A stretch of DNA of 63,421 nucleotides, filler included, from Sluysia triapertura (lineage: Eukaryota), in assembly GCA_046118255.1 (NCBI GenBank). It is 5 parts of 5 records of this genome, joined end to end, with 100 filler letters (N's around TTAATTAATTAA, not from the genome) between each part and the next. Parts side by side here need not be neighbours in the genome. Positions count along the whole stretch, not along the records: positions 23,833 to 36,767 come from JBJNIA010071504.1; positions 36,868 to 49,161 come from JBJNIA010122748.1; 3 more parts are not named here. One strand, given 5' to 3'. The notes beneath the pieces are model-generated. The model was not told the origin of the DNA, did no database searches, and worked only from the letters and a program-made list of their open reading frames with translations. Both the position numbers and the translations under genes were made by a program. This document shows, one piece after another, positions 23,833 to 38,012 of this stretch; position 1 is the stretch's first letter; each line of letters opens with the position of its first letter.

Positions 23833-26800
23833 AAAATTTATCTTCAATTTCCACAATGTGTGTTTTTTGTTTTAATTTTTACTCCTTTTATACTCTTTGT
23901 GCAGTATAGTAGTCAAAATTAAATAATCAGTATAAATAGTTAATACGAATTCAAAATTTTTGTAATATTAAATAGTCAATAATAATAATCATAATTTTTG
24001 TATTACAACTCCAATATCATACTAATAATTTTATAGTATAAGTCCAATAATACATACAAGTCAATAATAATCATAATTTTTGTAATATATACTAATAATT
24101 TTATATAGATTCAATAATGCATACAATATCACATGTTAATAATAATAATCATAATAATACTTAATTATTATTTCACTCTATTCTGGAATATTATATTTGA
24201 AAATATTTATTACTTATAATTAAAATATTACAAATATTACTTTACTTAAAATTTATTATAATTAATATATTACACATATTAAAAATTTACATACATTGCA
24301 GTTTTTATTTGACATTTACAGTCTATAGCATTTACAGTTTATAGTTTATTTATAGTTTACAGTTAAATAAAATTTTATATTTTAAACTTCGAAAGTTCAA
24401 ATTGATTCGAATATTATATAATTTAACAATGCATGGAATTGCTGATAAAATCGAATAAATGTTGTTTGGTTAATCTTGCCAAAGTGTTGAATAGACTGAA
24501 TTTCTTAGAATAAGTGTTTTAAATCCTCGAAACAGATGAACTCTTTTAAATTTGCTTCATTAAAAATAGAAGCCTTTCTCATAATAAAAATTAATTTTGT
24601 TTTTATAAAGCTATTAATAATAATATTAATAATATTATTAGTAATGTTAGGAATAAACAAAAATGATAATATAATATCTTATATAACTAAACCAATCACA
24701 ACTTGATAAAGAATAATATCATCTGTACTAAGTAAATTTATTATCTTAATACTTAAATCACAGGACATTATGAATAAAATAATAATTATAAAAACTAACA
24801 TTAATTTTTTGTGCATTATTTTTGGCGAGGGAGTAATAATATTTATTTTAAAATATTTAGACTTTGTTAGATTTCCAAAAATTTTTCTTTTCAATTTTAT
24901 TTTATTTTAATTCTAGCAACAATAAAATTAACATAATCAACTAAATTTTTATTTATCGTAACATTAGAAAATTTAATAATAAAAAGTTTTTATTGTGATT
25001 AATAATCAAAAGAATAAAAACAAAACAAAAATATAGTACGTAGACAATCACTATTCATATATGGTTCATAAATGTTAAGTTGGCCCTCAAACTCTTCCTT
25101 AAATAGATCTCTCAAACTTCTTTTATTTGGCCCAGCAAACCACATTTTGTATCACATAATAGCTGGACATCGTTGTTAGAATATTTATATGAAACATCAT
25201 GTACTTTTGTTAAGCTTTGATTGTCGCACATTTAACATAAATTTAACATTTAAGTAAAAAGATTTAGCAATTAGCAATATCGATTTTTTAATTATGCCTC
25301 TTAGGTAATTAATTTGTATTAATTATTATTGATATTTTATTTTATAATTGCAGATACCGGCTCCGCACACGTTCCAACCTGATTCAAAACAATTGACTTT
25401 AACAAATATTGACCTATAACAAATTGTGTTATCATTTTACATGAACAAAACCTCGACATATCCCGAATCTCAGCAATTTTATCTGTTCATAAATTAATGA
25501 CAAAATTACATATTTAACATTTTGTTTTGTATCAAAAAAATTTATCATTGAGATAGATAGTTTATTGTCAGATTGGCCATTAGTTATATGATTAGACATA
25601 TAACGGCGGTTATAATTATGACTAATAATACAATGCATTTTAAGTACAGTTTCAAATCGTGCACTTCATGATTATTGTCATCATTGATGGCCTAAATAAT
25701 TTATTATTTATTAGTAGAGTCTTCATGATTTTTATTATCGGTAAGAGCTGTTGTGAGGATTGAATAGTGCATTAATAATCGATTATGATGATACTTAATA
25801 CATTTGGAAAATAAACAGCAACTGGTAGCAGTAGCTAAGTCATAATTTGTATCTAAATTGTTAACGAAATTAGAGTCTGTGTTTATGACATCTTTTCCAC
25901 AGAATACTTTGATTATTAAGAAGCGTGATCTTGACAGATTCATAATCATAATATCTAATTAATGTTGTAGGACATGACTGTGGTAAGAAATTCATTTTAA
26001 AACTTTCTTCACTTTCTTGATCTAAATCTTTAGCTGTAGCATTATTTGGAATTTCTTCTGTCTCTAAATCTTCGACAGATTTTGTATCAAATTTTATTAT
26101 CACTTAGTTCAGAAATAAACATTATATTTTTAACTTGATTAACTTGGTCAAAATAATATTTACTGATTTGTCAAAAACTAAATCAAGTATTTTTTAAATT
26201 TAACTGCAATTAAGCTACATTTTATTGTGACTGAACTTTTTTAAATTTTAGTTTTTAATTACTAGAACTTTTGATTGAAAAAATGTGCTGTTGCAACAAA
26301 ATATTATGTCCTTTTAAATAATTAAAAAGTCGTTTTAAAATATTTTAAACAGCCAATTAGAAAGCAATTCTTTGTTGCTACTTCAATCTTTACTCTAAAT
26401 AGCTGACCATTAATGACTGAAAATGAAATATAAGATAATTAAAAACTGTCAAAATTGATAGTTTAAATAACTACTGGTAATGTTAATAATTATAATAATA
26501 ATGATAATAATGATAATAATAATAATAATCGTCATAGTAATAATAATAATAAAATAAAATTAGAAATGCGTATTTTGCATAAGTATTTATCCTAAAACAT
26601 ATCCGTTTCTTTCTAAAAGTCTTGTGATTTTTCTTCATAGATATATTTTAGCAATAATGCCGAACTTAAAACTTCATTTTTAAGCTTCAGATTATAAGTT
26701 TCTTTCTGCAAGTGAATATTAGGAGAAAAAAGATTAGTTATTTCATGTTGCATTTCTAAAAATCTTGCTTTAATTGATCGAAAAGCACTACTCTTGAATT

Positions 26801-28461
26801 TTACAGAACGATTTTCAATTTCATTGATAAATGATTCATAATTATTTGATGCATATTGAAAATGTGAACAATCTTTTTTACTACCGATGCTTTGTTTTCT
26901 GTAGAACTAGAAAATAATGAACCGTTTTGCGCCTTTGTTGGATAATTGTATTTCTTCTACTTTAATTTCTTGCTTATCGCATTACTTCTAATTCTATTCG
27001 ATCCGATAACTCTAGATGATATTCTTATTCTTCTACTGGTTAATCGTTTTTTTTGATAAAGAAGTAGCACGTCTGTGCAAAATCGTAGTGGAAGAAGTGT
27101 TAGGTAAAAAGGAAAAGAAGGAAAGATATAAAAAAATGAAAGAGAGTTATGATAGAGAATTAATAAAGTTATTAATAAAGAAATTCCATTTAGTTTATTG
27201 TTATTTTGAATTTTAAATACAAATTTAATGATTTTGGATGCAATAAAAATATGGTTTTTAGTGTATTGTAATGTATTACGAATTTTGTGTAAAGATGTTT
27301 GCCACCACATACATACATCATAAGCCAACTAATTTTTGGTATAGTACCAACACACAAGTTGATCACACAGAAGCGTTTTTTCAAATATGATCGCACAAAT
27401 TTAATTACAAAAATAAGACAAAAAAAAAGAAAATTAGTAACAATTGAATTTTAATAAAAAAAAGTTTCGATCTACGTTATTGGAGAAGTTCTTCAATAAT
27501 AAACAAAAGTAAATCCACTATTTTATTCTTCAACTACTGCGAGATACATTCTTCAAAATTTCTGACGATTCCATGTTAAATTGCATTAGTTCATTGTTGT
27601 ACAAGTATATAACATTTTAATAAAGGCTTACAATCATTTTTAATTTTTCAAAAAGCTATTTTAAATTTTTAAATAAAACTACATTATTTGATATTAAAGA
27701 AGATTACCTCAATTTTTTAAATTGATTATACATTTATTACATTTTTGAGAAAATATTTTCTTAAATTTTTAACCTTAAATTAACAATGCCATTTTCAAGA
27801 GCTATTTTTAATAATTTATACAGATATAAACATAAAATATGTTGAGTCATTTTAAAGAGACTCATAAAATCAATTTTCAAGTTCTGTTTTAAAGAAGGAT
27901 ATAACATCTTTAGATAAATAAAATTTTGAATATTATAAGTAAACAAATTATACAAAAAGTGATGTATAGAGAACAATCATAATACTTTGATAACCATTAA
28001 AACATCAATTATTAACCTTAAGTAAGTAATCTTATTCTATAGCAAAATAATGTGGACTTATTGAATAAGAACAAAGGTTACATTCCAAGTGATGCAACAC
28101 AAAGCAATACTAATTCGGAAAAGTCTTCTTTTGTGTACTTGCTTCAGTGACAACTTAGAAAATCCAAACACTTTGGGACTGTTTTTGTTTAAACATTTGA
28201 TTTGGCCTCAATGATTATTCAAATTTTCAAACATTGAAGCACGATAGAAGAATTGCTAAGAAAAATAAACTTCATTCAGTATTTTATTTTTATTCGAGTT
28301 TAAGGACTCAGTGAGTATATAAAGTATTTAAACACACATTCTTAGATTCTTTCTTATTTATATTTATAGATATGTACACAAATTAATTCCAGGTGAAAAA
28401 GGTTAAATCTGCTAGAGTTAATTCGAGTGTACGAGTTGATGTATTTCAGGCAATTGAATCT

Positions 28462-28650
28462 TTAACGAATGAAACTAATTACATATGCATTGATAACATC
28501 ATGTGTAACTGTCCATATGCAAAAATCGCGAAAAAGTAGTTGAATTCCAACTTTATTAAACGTTTGTTCTTGAGATTTGTTAATTGTCATTGTGAAAGAC
28601 AAGCAAATAAGAAATTGATTTTGCTGAAATTTAAATGGAAATAATTCAAT
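28462..28650 (-). mobile_element. Helitron PIF1-helicase remnant, downstream part
   Basis: FPFKFQQNQFLICLSFTMTINKSQEQTFNKVGIQL matches the RQFP..FAMTINKSQGQT motif of Helitron helicases. Confidence 0.75.
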
Positions 28651-28653
28651 AAA

Positions 28654-28710
28654 TGGATTCACCTGAATTCGAACCCGGGACCTCTCGCCTCCCAGCTGTG
28701 CAGTTCGGTG
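28654..28710 (-). tRNA. 3' half of a split tRNA-Cys(GCA)-like pseudogene/repeat
   Basis: Minus strand CACCGAACTGCACAGCTGGGAGGCGAGAGGTCCCGGGTTCGAATTCAGGTGAATCCA: CT-GCA anticodon, AGGTC variable loop and B-box GGTTCGAA. Confidence 0.6.
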
Positions 28711-29807
28711 AATTTGAATGTAATATATGTATTTTAAAATTATGACAATGTAAATAAGAATTTTTGGTCCAAGATCACAAATATATTGTCTATAGTGCTT
28801 TTGTTGTTGCCGTTGATTGAAGTACGTTCAAGATTATTTATATACATTCTTAAAGTGCAACATAGTTAAATTATATAGAAATGGAAAAATATATAAAGGG
28901 TGTACAAACATTCCTGAAAATAGGTACATATTCATAGAGAGAAAAAGGAAGTCAAAGTTTACAAACATCATAGTTATATTTATAAAAAGCGTGGAGGAAA
29001 ATATTGGAAAATGTTTAACAATTCATTACATAAAGGGAAAAATTGAAAGATTCACAAACATTCATATAAGAAGAAGAGATACTTGTGGTATTGTCGTATC
29101 GGATTTTATTAATGTATTGAAGGGTAAAAAAGAAAGAAGCATATATTATTCAACGGAAACACAAAAGTACCAAAGTGGGATATTGAAGGGAATGATCGTT
29201 TTAGATATTAAAGGAAGATATTAGGGATAGCTTGCTATACTCGCGTGCCAAACCAGTAATATCGGTACAGTACTACCAGTACAAAATCATATTCTTGATC
29301 CCAAGAACCAAGAGCTCCAACTACAAATGTGTCTACGGAGACGGGACATCTGAGTTGGTCTTGGAGTTTTTGGGCCACTTGAAAGTTTTCATAGGGGATT
29401 TGATGTACATGAAAAATAGTTGGGAAGAATTAGTACCTTGCTCTTGAACATCAGGTTGTCTATAATCTCCAAATATAGGGGTTTGGGTATCTTTCTTGGC
29501 TGAGAAGCCTATTTGCTTTAGTTTACTAAGTAAACATTCAACAATTTTATTATGTCTTACTGTAAGACCAGTGGTAGTATGTGGGAAAAGACATAATACA
29601 TAGCCAAGAGTTTTTCTTTCGAAGCCACACCAACGACAGGTACCAGGAAAATTAAGTCGAATATTCTAGGGCCAAAATTTAAGTTTCAGGTGATTATTCC
29701 TGGCTTTAGTCATAAAAATCTAACACTAGTTTCCTAATTGTAGGGGAAAATGACAACCAGATCGAGGACTTCTCATAAAGCAACCGACAAATCGACCTTG
29801 GACTTCA
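28711..29807 (-). mobile_element. 5'-truncated non-LTR retrotransposon with restriction-like endonuclease (NeSL/Utopia/R2-type): C-terminus + 3' UTR
   Basis: Minus strand: KARNNHL..CRWCGFERKTLGYV..RHNKIVECL..RQPDV..IPYE..VDTFVVGALGSWDQE (CCHC-RHN-PD-VGALGSW signature). Flanked by direct repeats cagctgtgcagttcg (28693-28707) and cagccgtgcagttcg (29808-29822). Confidence 0.8.
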
Positions 29808-29853
29808 CAGCCGTGCAGTTCGATACTTTGACCACTGAGCTATCAGCCTCGTC
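29808..29853 (-). tRNA. 5' half of the split tRNA-Cys(GCA)-like sequence
   Basis: Minus strand GGCTGATAGCTCAGTGGTCAAAGTATCGAACTGCACGGCTG, with A-box TAGCTCAGTGG. Confidence 0.6.
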
Positions 29854-29899
29854 TAACAATTTTATTTTATTATAGTCAGTTATACTATCATTATTCTAA

Positions 29900-30150
29900 A
29901 TGGCACTTTAGCTCTTTACGTCAATATTAGTTCTAGCAAAACTTCTAATAACAATCCATAATGTTTGACAAAACGAACTCCATTGCAACGGCTGCCTCGA
30001 CATTCAAATTTCTGAAGAAAATTACAATATCTCCCTTTTTAGGTATAGTTTATCGGGATCACAAATTGTTTGTTCAATATTTTTTACTACAGTCAATTAA
30101 ACAGGAAGTTTTTGAATAATTTGGTTATTTAACAGGTTAACTTTAACATG
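29900..30150 (-). mobile_element. Helitron PIF1-helicase remnant, upstream part (collinear with 28462-28650)
   Basis: PDKLYLK/KGDIVIFFRNLNVEA..CNGVRF matches the P.HKL.LK.G..VMLLRNL....LCNGTRL motif. Confidence 0.65.
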
Positions 30151-30546
30151 TGTTGATTGTAAATCTTGAATATTGAATTTTCAAGAGATTCAAAATCAAA
30201 TAGCAATCCCATTACTAACTTAACAATAATTTGCTACCTAGATCTATACTTTGACACATATTTTTAAACTTATCTGTTTCCTTCAATGTGATTGGTCAAT
30301 ATTTTTGTTTTACATTTACTATTATAATTACGAAAATTATTATTATATAATCGTATTATTTATGACGAAGCATTAAATAAAATTATCGATTTTTTATCTT
30401 CAACAAATAATTGTGTTTTGATAACTTATACGATTCATTAACCTCCAAAAATCGATAATATAAAGTGGAACATACTTTGTAAGTGCGATCTTAATTTACG
30501 ATGCAATAACGATGGATTAATTAATTGCATTAAAGTTTTTATTTGT

Positions 30547-30616
<70 letters not shown>

Positions 30617-30620
30617 TCAT
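30547..30620. repeat. (AAT)n microsatellite
   Basis: Perfect trinucleotide run. Similar runs at about 31048, 39240, 41960-42595, 49087-49353, 55030, 59567, 61828 and 62342. Confidence 0.95.
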
Positions 30621-30644
30621 TATTATTAATTTCGTACATAAAAT

Positions 30645-30760
30645 CGTTATATTTAGTAGCCAGGATAGCTGGTGTCTGCAAGGTCCTCCTTTGAGTCTAT
30701 GTGAAGTAATATTTATATATCCGGGCTTCTTGTCGGAATCAACTTTTTCATTGTAAACTT
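30645..30760 (-). mobile_element. Possible LINE reverse-transcriptase N-terminal remnant
   Basis: KKPGYINITSHRLKGG..LSWLLN resembles the KAPG.D.I....LK....L..LFN motif preceding LINE RT domains. Confidence 0.35.
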
Positions 30761-31046
30761 CATTAGTTGTTGCTATGTTATAAAATCTTTTGATGTATTT
30801 TTGATTGGATTGTGATTGGATGATTAAGTAGAATATTAATTCGAGTATCACAGATTACGCAATTAAATTTGAAAAATGGTTGTGATTGTGTAATTATAAA
30901 TAATTAATAAAATATATTATCATAATATTTATTATCAACTAGTTATTACAGCAACCATAAATTAAACAGGCTAGGATTAAGTGGGTACACTTAATAGAGT
31001 GGCACTCATCGCAAAAAATATTTTGTTCTGGTACACGTACATTTAA

Positions 31047-31107
<61 letters not shown>

Positions 31108-34100
31108 TTCAAAATAATAATAAAATGTAATAAAATATTTCTAATAATAAATATTTGATTGTCGCGCGATCATAACGTATATAATAAATTAAATTAAATT
31201 GTTTTAATACAAAACTTAGAGTCGTATAGATGAAGAATTTACGAATCCGAAAAGAAAAGGAAAATATTTAACGGATTTGAACTATAAATGTGTCAGGGAG
31301 ATCTTCATCATTGCTTAGTAACAAAGTGCGATTCTATTGTTGATTAACTCGACGGAGTAATTCCACTTTTGATCAATATTATTTAAAATTGGATTTCGTA
31401 AGTGTTGTATGCATTTCAGGTTTTATTTACTTCCTTAAGGAGCAAAGTATCACTCAAAATTGAAGAAGCCTCCTCCTGGTAGTCGCAAAAAATATTTATT
31501 AAAATGTACTTCTGATGCAACTTTATTTATTTATTATTATATAATGATTATTTTATTTCGAGAATAATATTATTGCGGTTGCTTACCATTATTATGTGTA
31601 GGGTCATTTATTTATTTTAGAATTGTTACGAATATCGCTGTTTATTTGCTTCTGTTAGAGATTGTCATTACGACCATTTAAAATCGTTTAAAATCTCATT
31701 TCCAAAAAGAATAACTTATTTTTAGAAAAAATTAAAATTAGCTTCTAAAAATAGTTTATAAACTAGCACCTGTTTAGTTAAAATGCCAGTCATATTAGAT
31801 TTTAATAATCATTTTGCAGCTAGTTTGTTACAGCTGCTTCATTTTTCAAATTTTATTGGAGTCACCCGGATATTCAGTCAATTAATCGATTGCATTTTTG
31901 GTATTTTTAGTTTGGTTTTCAACATCACAATTGGAGTCCAATTTCATCCATTCTTCCGTAAATTCTATTTGTTTCAATCTTCTGGATTGAAAGCCTTTAA
32001 TAATTTTTAAAACTCGCTATTTGTAAATATCCACTTTGAATTTTGTACAATTTTTTATTTTGCAATATCACCGTTTTGATTCCTTGGAAGAATTGTGAAC
32101 TTTTAGTAATCTGTTGACAAGTAACAGTCTATTAAACACTTGGGCAATATTCACCGAACAACAATTATTCGATTTTAACTACAATTCCAAACATTGGTAA
32201 ATTATATATTGTTAGGATCAATTTCAATTTTCGAAGTTGAAATTATAAAATTTAACTCAAATTTTCAGTTAAATTTAATTATTGAGTCAACGATGTATTG
32301 AGGGTTAATGTATACGTAACATAATGCATTCATTAGATTAAACGCCCTTGGAGATTTAATTTTTAATATACTGTTTTCTATCATCATTAGTCTTATTATT
32401 ACTATAATGCATTTTGTATAATAAAGTTATTATTTTTGTTTTTATTTAATTATTGGAAGTTATAGAGTAAATTAGTAAAATTTTTGAAAAAATTATTTAT
32501 TCTACACTAGTTGAGCACTTGTTAAGACCCTATCTAAGGAGAATTTCTATTCAGATAAAATATTAGTTTATATAGTTACAGAAACGCCCTATTCACAACA
32601 TAAGACGTTTACTTTAACCGGATCCTGCTCAAAAACACTTTGCCGTCAGTTAAGTGTTAGAAAAAACCGCAGCACTTCCATACTTAATATATTGGGGTTC
32701 ATCTTATAAGCTTACTTAAGAAATTTGTTTGAAATAATCATCAGATTTGTTGACATTAATTTAGTATCGTACTAAATATGGTAAAGACGAATATGTTGGA
32801 CTGTATTTCTGAGAGAATTCAATCACTCGTTAGAGAAACTCTCAAACATTGAAAACGTACAGGTGTTCCTTCTAATACAATAAGTCGAATCTTATGGGCT
32901 AATTCTAAACTGAAAAACAAATTTTATAAATAGTTTCTTAAATTTATTAAGTGGAAACGGACATAACTAATAAAATAAGATCTAAACGACAGATTACAAT
33001 TTTATACATTTCTATTTACGGTGGATTCGATAATGAGTAACTTATCTTTTAAAATATATGAATAATTTAATTATCAAAGGAGATGTAGTAATACATCTCT
33101 TTATATCTGTTAGAATAAATACGATGGCTACTTTATATGTACTAAAGGCGTAAACATATGCTTGTTTTATTTCTTACTAAATGAGAACCAGAAAATAAAA
33201 CGACAAAAATTCTTTGGGTTGGTCTGAAGTCAGTGATTTATATACGAAGATGAGAATGCTTCAGGATTTTTAATGTCAATTCTAAGAAAGAAATTCTTAC
33301 TCTTAGCAGACCGCAATTGCTACAAGTAGGTACGTAATAGTAAATATTTTTAGGTAAACCTCGATCGTTTATTCATTTTTTAAAAAGAAAAAATTTGCTT
33401 TTATTATTTGTTTTTTAATCAGTGGTAATATTCAAAAATCACATAACAAAATGTCGAAGTTTTATCAATCAAAATATTCGAAAACAAATTATAAAATAAG
33501 ACACAAACAATAGTAGTAATAATAATTAATAAATTAAAAAAGATTTCGCTTATTTTGAACACTAATCTTTTAAAATTTAACGTTTAGTCAGGATGAATTC
33601 TTGGCTTTAAAAATTAATAGAATTTAAGTATAATAATCATAGGACAAAACCTTAATCTTGAAGCTGCACAGATAACAGTTTGAAGAATTTTCGAATAGAT
33701 ATTGTCCACCGGAATGAATAATAATGCTTGGTATAGAATCACATACGAAATTTTATGACATAGCAGTGCCTTTGTCAGTTCACTGAATAGCCCTGTTGAT
33801 AATAATGTTCACCTTCTTGTTTAAAGTCGTCAGAATGACCAATTGAAAACCAAATGAGAATATCCAACGTTAAAATCTCCAAATATCAATTTCCAATCAC
33901 TATTTTCCGCCTAGCGTAACGTATAACACGAACTTTGCGAGTGATGATTGATTTTACATTACTTACTTTTATGTCATTACGAGTCCATTCATTCGCAATA
34001 AAATTACGATATATTTGCTGTCTTGAGATAATAACTATAACATAAAAATAAAATAACAGTTTTTTAAACCAAATTATTTACACTAATTTTTATTTAACAT

Positions 34101-34759
34101 GAATTAAATGTATTCATTATTATTAGGACTACAATTCAAGCTACATTTATATAAATTACATTCAATTTTATAATTGTTATTTGAAAATTATTCGAACTGA
34201 ATTTAAAACTGTGCATTTTTATATCTTATTACTAATATTTGTCTTTAGAGCACTGAACTTGGGCTAATAGTAATTGTATTCTAACACTTATAATAATAAT
34301 CTGGAGGTTATGGTTCACTCGTCCTTGGTGTAAGAGATTGAGGTGCGTTCTTACTTAATAATATCGAAGTTCAATTTCTCTTCTTTCCTTTTAAAATAAA
34401 ACGAAGTACTTTATTTATTCAATATAAAAATAGTTTATATAGAACTTTACGGATTCGAATAAAAAGTTATTGATAAAATAATTTTGGAAAGATTTAGTTT
34501 ATAAAAATGCAATAAAAATAATACTACACGTAACTACTACTTATAATGTTGTTTAGAAGTTTTTATTAATTCAAATGTTCCAATGAAAATAATCAAGGTA
34601 TTTTCAAGTGATATTATACTTTGGAAAATCCTTTTTGAATTATTTGTATTTTTTCTACTGATATTTTTATAAATAATGCTTATTCATGCATTATCGCAAC
34701 AATTTAAGAGTTTCATCTATATATTTATTAATTTCTTCTAGAATACTGGTGTAGGCATA

Positions 34760-34823
34760 AATAATGGTAGTTTAATTGACTATAATAAAACAAACTTGTT
34801 CGACGTGGCTGATAGTTCAGTGG
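34760..34823 (+). repeat. Second copy of the tRNA-like 5' head plus its upstream flank
   Basis: 56/64 identical, ungapped, to the reverse complement of 29832-29895. Confidence 0.75.
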
Positions 34824-35289
34824 CTCTGATTCCTCGTCAGTCCAATTTTATGAAGATGTGTTTTTGTTGCTTGTCCTTCATTTCCATTCTAATAAAATCG
34901 CATATTTTTCATTCATAATTTTCTCTGCCTGCTCATTTGTTTTGCTTTCTCTATTTCAATTTTTGAGACATTTCGTTTTTTCTTAAATGTGTTTAATTTA
35001 CGTCCGCAAATAATTTAAATCAGCGAGTTCGTCTGTGGTCCGAGACTTGCACAATTAAGGACTTGTCGACAGAATTTAAATGTTTAAAAGTGACATAAAG
35101 ATGTGTAGGTATTATAAAATGTGAAAAAGTTATTTCTTCTATTCGTAAAGGCTTAACAATTAATTGAACAATAAATTTATTTTAAGTTTAAGATTTATTA
35201 ATGTCTTTATATCTTCTTATTAATGAGGGTTAATTAAAATAAGATCCTTTGTCAAAAAGGATATGAAAATAATGAATTTACCACCATAT

Positions 35290-35720
35290 TTAAATGAACA
35301 CTATCTAAGAAGACTTTTTCAAACCAAGCATGCAACCTACGCACAAAATTTAAGTGAAGAAAGCCTCATATTTAGTAATAAATTTGACTCGACAGCAAAA
35401 TCGCTTAAATGAATTTGCTACTGAAGCAAGTTTCTTAGTGGCAAACCTTTTGCTGGAAGAGAATTTATTAAAAAATGCCTGTTGGATATTTGCGATGTGA
35501 TGTGTCCAGAAGTGAAAAATAAATTTGAAAATATAAGCTTGTGTAAACAAACTATCGCTATATGAGTAGAAGATTTAAATGCTAATATAAATAATCAGTA
35601 TCAGATAATTTAAAATCGGCCAATTTTTATGCAATATAAAAGTTACTGCTCAGTTGTTAACTTTTATCAGGACTAACATCGAAGATTTTTAAATTTCAGA
35701 GGAACTTCTGTAAATTGTTC
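35290..35720 (+). mobile_element. hAT (SPIN/Charlie/GTF2IRD2-like) transposase remnant
   Basis: YLRRLFQTKH..ATEASFLVA..PFAGREFIKKCLLDICDVMCPEVKNKFENISLCKQTIAI*VEDL. Confidence 0.75.
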
Positions 35721-36767
35721 AGATTGCAAGTGTTTTCTTATTGAAAATTTAAGCTTACACTTACAAAATTAATCTGAAGGTTTAGTTCACCTAATAAGCA
35801 CGGCTTAAATCAATAAAGATGACGTCCTATTTATTTAACTTTGAAAAATTCTTTAGATTAATCTGAGAAATTATCTTAACATTAAAATAACTAAAATAAG
35901 TAAACTAAAGTTTATTAAAAGAAAACATGCCCAAAAGTTAATATAATAAAACAATAAATACAAAAATGTTGTGGCTGGAGCTGAACCTTTAGTAGAATTA
36001 ATTGCTTTACCCATTACTTTGTGTCCAGCTAAAACTAGACGCTGATTTTTTAAATTTGAGCACTTTTCTTCTAACAGAAAAGATATACTTACTACAATTA
36101 ACTTATTGATGATTCACAAAGTTTTACAGATGCAGTTTATTAAAATTGATTAATTGTTGTCAATACGAATCTCGATCAAAATAACTCGAACAATGCCGCG
36201 ATCACGGATTATTACCAAAATAAAATAGAATCAGAATAACGCACCAAATAGTACCAAATCTTTTGTTAAAAATTATTTTGCGTGAAACATTTAAAATTCT
36301 GGCTTTAAATCATACTTTTATGAGCCATCGTGAGTTTACGTATTAATTTAATATTTAAATTAATTTTTAGGTACAATTGATAAAATGCTAAGTTAATATT
36401 TCTCATAATATAAATAATTAATTATTTTAGATAATACAAATCTAGATGTCGAATTTCAGTTTATTATTTTTTATTTTTTTGGTATTAATAATAATATTAT
36501 TATTTTTCTGTTTCCGGATTCTGATACAAGGTACAGATAATGTATGAATTACTTGCATTGGAACATAAATTCTAGAAGAAGTGTGTCCATAAATCGGTGG
36601 TGAAGCAGATTAGAATGATACGGTTACATTGTTATTAAAAATATAAAAATATAACTTAATAATAATTATTTACTTAAAATGTTTTAGATACTTATACTTA
36701 TGTTTATTTATCTGGGATCGCTCATTCACTCGTCGTAGATGGAACGATGGAAGTGCAAAAATGTGGT

Positions 36768-36867
36768 NNNNNNNNNNNNNNNNNNNNNNNNNNNNNNNNN
36801 NNNNNNNNNNNTTAATTAATTAANNNNNNNNNNNNNNNNNNNNNNNNNNNNNNNNNNNNNNNNNNNN
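36768..36867. other. Artificial contig-joining spacer
   Basis: N44-TTAATTAATTAA-N44. Confidence 0.95.
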
Positions 36868-38012
36868 GTTTGGTATAAAGCGTATATACTAAGCGAACTG
36901 ACCCTACAGATAATTTGTTAAGATTAAGGAAAAATCTAACAACTATAAGCTATAACCCTTATGTCAACTTCAGCTTTAGCGAAACCCAACATTACCTCAC
37001 TTATATTAAGCTTTAATTGTTTTTCTTTACTTTTTGTATTTTACTCTATGTACTTGTTAACCTTATTGAATTGCCTTTATCTCCGCGATACTCGCATTTT
37101 AAATACTGAGACACGCATTTAGTTATTCGCTTTAAAGAATAATTCTAACTTTAAAGTAATTGTCTAAATTTAAGTTTGGCAATCCGATCATTATTATTAA
37201 ACAAGTCTTAAATAATATAAAAGAATTAAAATTACTACTGCCAATTAATTATTTATACCATTATTTAGAGATTTTACGCTAAATGATATTTTATTTTATA
37301 GCAGCAAATTGTTTCATTATTTGTGTAAGTTAATGAAAGCAAATTTAAGTATAATTTAATTTGATATTTTTTTGGGGAAACGTATTTACTTATTTTAGCT
37401 CAACTAGGTGCTAAGATTGTAAATCAAGTTTAAAGCAACAAATTTCATCCAAACAGTTTCAAGTTGATCTTTGTTTCCAAATTCGAAAATCCTTTCTTAA
37501 TAAAATTCACTATATATAAATCTAATACTAAATAACAAATATTGAATATTAAATTAGACAAATAATTTCAATATTTTACATAACTACTTTTAGTGTACTT
37601 ATTTAGTGTTTTATGAAAGAATTATAAAACTTGACAATATTAACTCACGAATATTATAAGATTAGTAATAGCATATAAATGGATTAAAATTACAAATGCA
37701 TTCTTTGAACAATGAAAATATTATGTATATCAAATTTATATTCGAGTAATTAATATGTTTTGATTAACTAATTTTAATTTAGTATAAATTCTTAAAATTT
37801 CAAATTATCATTTTATTTATTTAAAATTTTTGATTTAAAATTCCTATAACGTAATGAGTAGATTAATTAAAAAGTATTTTATATATCACTTTTAATAATA
37901 AAATATAAATATAGTTATTATTCAGAAAAATTGCCTAACATAAGAATTAAATAATCTAACTATATAGCTTTATTGATATAAAGACACTTAAATGTTTTGA
38001 AAGTATAATAAA

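Noticed and set aside
25050-26200. Possible SWIM/ISL2EU-type transposon remnant (VGTCAEPVSAI)
   Set aside because: Only a partial motif; no TIR or catalytic residues found.
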